Origin: Promethearchaeota archaeon
Lineage (GTDB): Archaea; Asgardarchaeota; Lokiarchaeia; Sigyniarchaeales; SOKP01
Direction: 5' to 3'
Assembly (NCBI GenBank): GCA_048940645.1
Contig: JBHLOI010000002.1
Span: forward strand, 1-64,000
DNA: 64,000 bases
Shown piece by piece: positions 59,996 to 64,000 of this stretch. Below the pieces are notes generated by a model that was given only the letters and a program-made list of their open reading frames with translations, searched no databases and was not told the origin of the DNA. Made by a program: the position numbers and the translations under genes. The number at the start of each line of letters is the position of its first letter. Within the stretch, counting starts at the first letter, position 1.

Positions 59996-61201
59996 TTATT
60001 TTCTCATCTTAATAAATTCTCCAGATTTCATTAACTCACATGGTTTTAAATATGTTAATCCTGTTTTTTCTGAGAGTTCTTCAAGCATTTTGGTCCACTT
60101 TACATAATTTTTTTTCCCAGGTCCAAAGGGTCCTGGCATGTCCATTCCTGCGAGCATAGTATCGTCAATGGTTTTATAATTGGAAACAATACCTTCTTCT
60201 AGAAGTCTACAACCTTCATTCAATTGAATAGCGTAATAATATTCTGGGCTGGATAATTCTGCTTTTTCTGTAGTTTTAATTTTTGGTTTTCCTTCACTCC
60301 AATCATAGATACCTTTTCCCGTTTTTTTTCCTAAGTGACCTTCTTTGAGTAATTTAGTAAGAGTTTTTCCCGGTACAAATTCAGGTGAAAGTTCCTCGGT
60401 AAAATAGTTCATAGTATTACATATTACGTCGAGACCAAAGTAATCCCATTTAGCAAATATACCGAGTTCTGGTGGAGTTACAAAATCATTATCAACTTTT
60501 TCATAGGGGATTCCTTTTTCAGTTGCTAAATCTAATAACCAATTTAATAAAAGGTTTGATGCAATGGTTAGGCGATTTACAATAAACCCTGGGCTCTCCT
60601 TTTCAATTTTGGCGATAAATCTTTTACCTTTTAGAGCTGGTAACTTACTCCCTAGTTCTACTGCCGTTTCAAAGGTTGCGTGAGAGGTTTTTTCACCTTT
60701 AATAATTTCTATTAATCTAAGAACTGGGACAGGAGTAAAAAAATGCATGCCTATAACTTTATCAGGTCGATTAGAAGCCTCTGCTATTTTTGTGATACTC
60801 ATGGTAGACGTATTAGTTGCTAAAATCGCATGTTTGGGTGCTAATCTTCCTAAATTTTGAAATAATTCTTGTTTTAACCCCATCACTTCGGGGATTGCTT
60901 CAACAATGAAATCAGCATCTTGAATAGATTTTTTTAAGTTTTTTTCTTTAATTAGAGTACCCATTAATGAATCGATTGATGATCCCTGACTTAATAGCCC
61001 CTTGGACTTTATTTTATTTAATCCATTTCGAATAAAATTTACAGCCTTTTCCAAGGCATTTTTATTAATGTCATTTAATATGACTTTCTCGAATAATCCT
61101 GACATTAGAGCAACTTGAGCAATTTCTCGCCCCATGGTGCCTGCTCCGATAACTGTGAAAACCCTGATATTATCAATGATTACCAATCTGAAATTCACCA
61201 T
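59996..61201 (-). CDS. 3-hydroxyacyl-CoA dehydrogenase family protein
   Basis: VIGAGTMG, EAIPE, ATNTST, GMHFF, PGFIVNR, GKKTGKGIY; duplicated C-terminal domain. Confidence 0.95.
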   Translation of the reverse strand: MVNFRLVIIDNIRVFTVIGAGTMGREIAQVALMSGLFEKVILNDINKNALEKAVNFIRNGLNKIKSKGLLSQGSSIDSLMGTLIKEKNLKKSIQDADFIVEAIPEVMGLKQELFQNLGRLAPKHAILATNTSTMSITKIAEASNRPDKVIGMHFFTPVPVLRLIEIIKGEKTSHATFETAVELGSKLPALKGKRFIAKIEKESPGFIVNRLTIASNLLLNWLLDLATEKGIPYEKVDNDFVTPPELGIFAKWDYFGLDVICNTMNYFTEELSPEFVPGKTLTKLLKEGHLGKKTGKGIYDWSEGKPKIKTTEKAELSSPEYYYAIQLNEGCRLLEEGIVSNYKTIDDTMLAGMDMPGPFGPGKKNYVKWTKMLEELSEKTGLTYLKPCELMKSGEFIKMRK

Positions 61202-61276
61202 AAATTAAGAAATTGATAAAAAGTAGGCATAAGTAATATAAAAATTTTTTTTATGAAAAAAAGAGTATTTATAAAA

Positions 61277-62338
61277 TTAAATAATTGAAATAATATACCA
61301 TGAGATTAGCATTGTACCTATTCCTAAAAATATTGAAATGGGAAGACCAGGCAAAATTTTATTACGTTTTAGCCCCATGATTGTTATACCTGTTCCAATT
61401 ATGATTGCAATTGCTGTTAAAATCATGACTATTACGCTATTTGCTTGAATAAGTGCACTTGAAGTAAGCATGCTATAAAAAGCTAAATCCCCAATTCCAA
61501 TTTCTAATTTAGAAGTGTCATATACAGCTTCACCACTATCAATCTTTTCTTGGATATCTTTCTTAGCTAAATCCTTATTTACATCCCCTTGGGAAGCGAT
61601 GTCTATCATTTCTTTTATTGGTCCCTTTTTATAGAGTACAGCAAATATATCCCAAATAGATATTCCAATTAAAATTGCTAATGTAGTCCAAAGTGGCATT
61701 AACACCCCCATAGATGCTCCAACCAATAAACCCATGTATAACACGATAATATTCTTAGTAAATACTGATTTCGATGTAAAATATCCATAAAGTAAAAAGA
61801 GGGTAAAAATTCCAACATATATAGGTAAAAGAATATTTGCTAATGCATTATAAGTATAAACTAATGATGGTGATTCGGGAAATTGTATAAAGAATAAATA
61901 TAAAATAATGGAACTAAAAAACAGTGATAAGAAAAAGCTTAAAAAACCAAAGCTTAAACCAAATATATACTTTAAAACATCAATCCCTCGTTTTTTCACC
62001 AAGTAGATTATTAGAAATGCTGAAGCAGCAGCCATAATAGTGAAAATAACTCCATTTAATATTCCGCCTAAAGCTCCAAACTCCTCTTCAGATAAATAAC
62101 CACCGTCTATTTGAACTCCGGCTTCTATATATGTAAGATAAGATAAAATCCCAGCAATAATTACAACAAGTATAATTGGTAATGCATAAAATTTAGAACT
62201 AATTCTATATGTAGGTAAAAAATGTGGCACAAAATCTTTTTCAATTACTTCTTTTTCTGATTCTGTTTCTTCTGTATCTCTTTGATTATTTGGTTGATTT
62301 TGATGGTCAATCTGTGAATTTTCAAAATTTTCTGACAT
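61277..62338 (-). CDS. Presenilin-like (A22) intramembrane aspartyl protease
   Basis: [31 protein letters not shown]; about 9 TM. Confidence 0.9.
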   Translation of the reverse strand: [353 protein letters not shown]

Positions 62339-62457
62339 ATTATTATAGTACTTTGTTTATGAATTAATTATTTAAGGTAATAATATAATTAATAATTTAA
62401 ATATCTGTTATTTATGAAAAATATTAGAAAACAACTCGATGTAAATAATTAAAAATA

Positions 62458-63144
62458 ATGTCAAAATACCAAAATTTTGAACAAAAATTAAGTAAAGCTT
62501 ATTTAAATTTTTTGAATAGTGATATTAGAAAAATTTATCATAACCCTATATTTCCGTGTCATTTAGGAATTATTTTTTTTAGTAATAATCATAGTAATTT
62601 ATTTGAAAAATTAAATATAGAAATTAATAACGTTTTTGAGCGTTTTTTCTTTGGGATTATGAGCTTTGAAATTAAAAATGATTATTTCTTCTCTATAAAA
62701 GAAAGAATTAAAGTTAAAGGATTATGTAATGATGTTTTTGTATATCCTTCAAATTATTTTTATACAATTATTTCTGATTACAAAATTAAAAACAATTCTG
62801 ACATAGGTCTTGGGATAACGAATTTACCCATATACTCAAGCGATAGAAAAAATTTGATATTTCTATATGGTGAGGCACATCTACGTCAAAATTGTGCTGT
62901 TGTGTCTTCCTACAATTTAAAATTGAATGCCCATTCTCAGCATGATGATAAAACTAATCATAGATTGATTAAAGAAGCGATTCATGAAATTGGACATATT
63001 ATTTTAGGAGCTGGGCATTGTTTAAATAAATTATGTGTTATGAGTTTCTCCAAAAATATTGAGGCAATTGATAAAAAATCACTAAAGCTATGTTCAAATT
63101 GCCAATTTGAATTAAAACGGTTAAGAGCAAAATTAAACTTTTAA
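62458..63144 (+). CDS. Archaemetzincin (peptidase M54)
   Basis: KEAIHEIGHIILGAGHC...CVMSFS...DKK...LC..C. Confidence 0.88.
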   Translation: MSKYQNFEQKLSKAYLNFLNSDIRKIYHNPIFPCHLGIIFFSNNHSNLFEKLNIEINNVFERFFFGIMSFEIKNDYFFSIKERIKVKGLCNDVFVYPSNYFYTIISDYKIKNNSDIGLGITNLPIYSSDRKNLIFLYGEAHLRQNCAVVSSYNLKLNAHSQHDDKTNHRLIKEAIHEIGHIILGAGHCLNKLCVMSFSKNIEAIDKKSLKLCSNCQFELKRLRAKLNF

Positions 63145-63160
63145 AAAGATTCAATTTTTC

Positions 63161-64000
63161 TTAAAAATAGACATTTGGAAACTGTTGTATAAATTCTTTC
63201 AATAAATTTACTCTATGCCTTCTTTCTTCTCTACGATAACGCAATGGATATAATTCATCAATAGTAAATTTATATAATTGAACCCATGTTTTTGCTACTT
63301 TTTCGATTCTATAATTTTCCGAAATTAATTTCGCATTTTTTCCGAACTCTTCTCTAAGATCATCATCTTTTAGTAATTTAATTACATATTCATTGAATTG
63401 ATCTAAATTATTAGCTAAATATCCTGTCTCTCCATGTCTTATTATATTAGCTATACCACAACCATTAGCTCCAACACTAGGAGTTCCTTGAGCCATAGCT
63501 TCCGCTAAAACTAAACCCTCTGCTTCAACCCAAGACCATAGACACGTTAAATCAACAGTATTATATAATTTTAACAAATCCTCGAATGGTACTCTCCCTT
63601 CATATGATACAAAATCTCTATATTTCTTATTCTTAACGATTTTCTCTACAGCATCAGTAGATGGACCGGGACTACCTACTAACATTAAATGAGAATCAGG
63701 AACCTTTTTATGAATTTCTCTAAATGCTTTTATAACTCGAATTGGATGTTTTTCAGGTGATAATCTTGAAGCATATAATAATACTTTTTTATCTCCTAAA
63801 TTATATTTTTCTCTAATTCCATTTTGTTTAAGCGTTTTAAAGTAAAAATCAGGAATTCCCGTATTTAGAGCAATTATTGGTTCTTTAAACTTATATCTAA
63901 GTAATAAATCTTTTTTTGTTTTAGTTGGAACATGAACCAAATCATATTTGTCTAAGACTTGCCTTTCATATCTCCAGATGATATCATTTTTGGCCAGTAA
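63161..64000 (-). CDS. Glycosyltransferase family 4 (5' end beyond the window)
   Basis: SRLSPEK, EAEGLVLAEAMAQGTP, GETGYL; frame stays open to the window edge. Confidence 0.9.
   Translation of the reverse strand, partial: LLAKNDIIWRYERQVLDKYDLVHVPTKTKKDLLLRYKFKEPIIALNTGIPDFYFKTLKQNGIREKYNLGDKKVLLYASRLSPEKHPIRVIKAFREIHKKVPDSHLMLVGSPGPSTDAVEKIVKNKKYRDFVSYEGRVPFEDLLKLYNTVDLTCLWSWVEAEGLVLAEAMAQGTPSVGANGCGIANIIRHGETGYLANNLDQFNEYVIKLLKDDDLREEFGKNAKLISENYRIEKVAKTWVQLYKFTIDELYPLRYRREERRHRVNLLKEFIQQFPNVYF

Overview
AT-rich, gene-dense archaeal chromosomal segment, most likely from an Asgard archaeon of the Lokiarchaeia. The assignment is inferred from an archaeal information core (split RpoA'/A'', NusA, L30e, S12, S7, L44e, S27e, L21e, L35Ae, Rpo4, TFS, Pus10, KsgA, XPD, NurA, histone) interspersed with eukaryotic-signature proteins: three Rab-like GTPases, an ESCRT-III/Snf7 gene, a Vps23-type steadiness-box protein, roadblock and longin-like proteins, a presenilin and two secernins. 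I saw no rRNA, tRNA, CRISPR array, transposase or prophage. The strongest candidates for undescribed biology are: (1) a wHTH + ATP-cone + apparently inactive class III ribonucleotide reductase fusion next to pyrB, possibly a nucleotide-sensing regulator; (2) an NAD(P)-dependent SDR fused to QueC, divergent from queD, possibly a new 7-deazaguanine pathway branch; (3) a Zn-finger/PH-like/NQ-rich/steadiness-box protein convergent with Snf7; (4) two secernin paralogs joined in frame by TAG-TTG; (5) a nucleoside/nucleotide kinase ending in a PIP box. All calls come from reading motifs by eye; no database searches were run.
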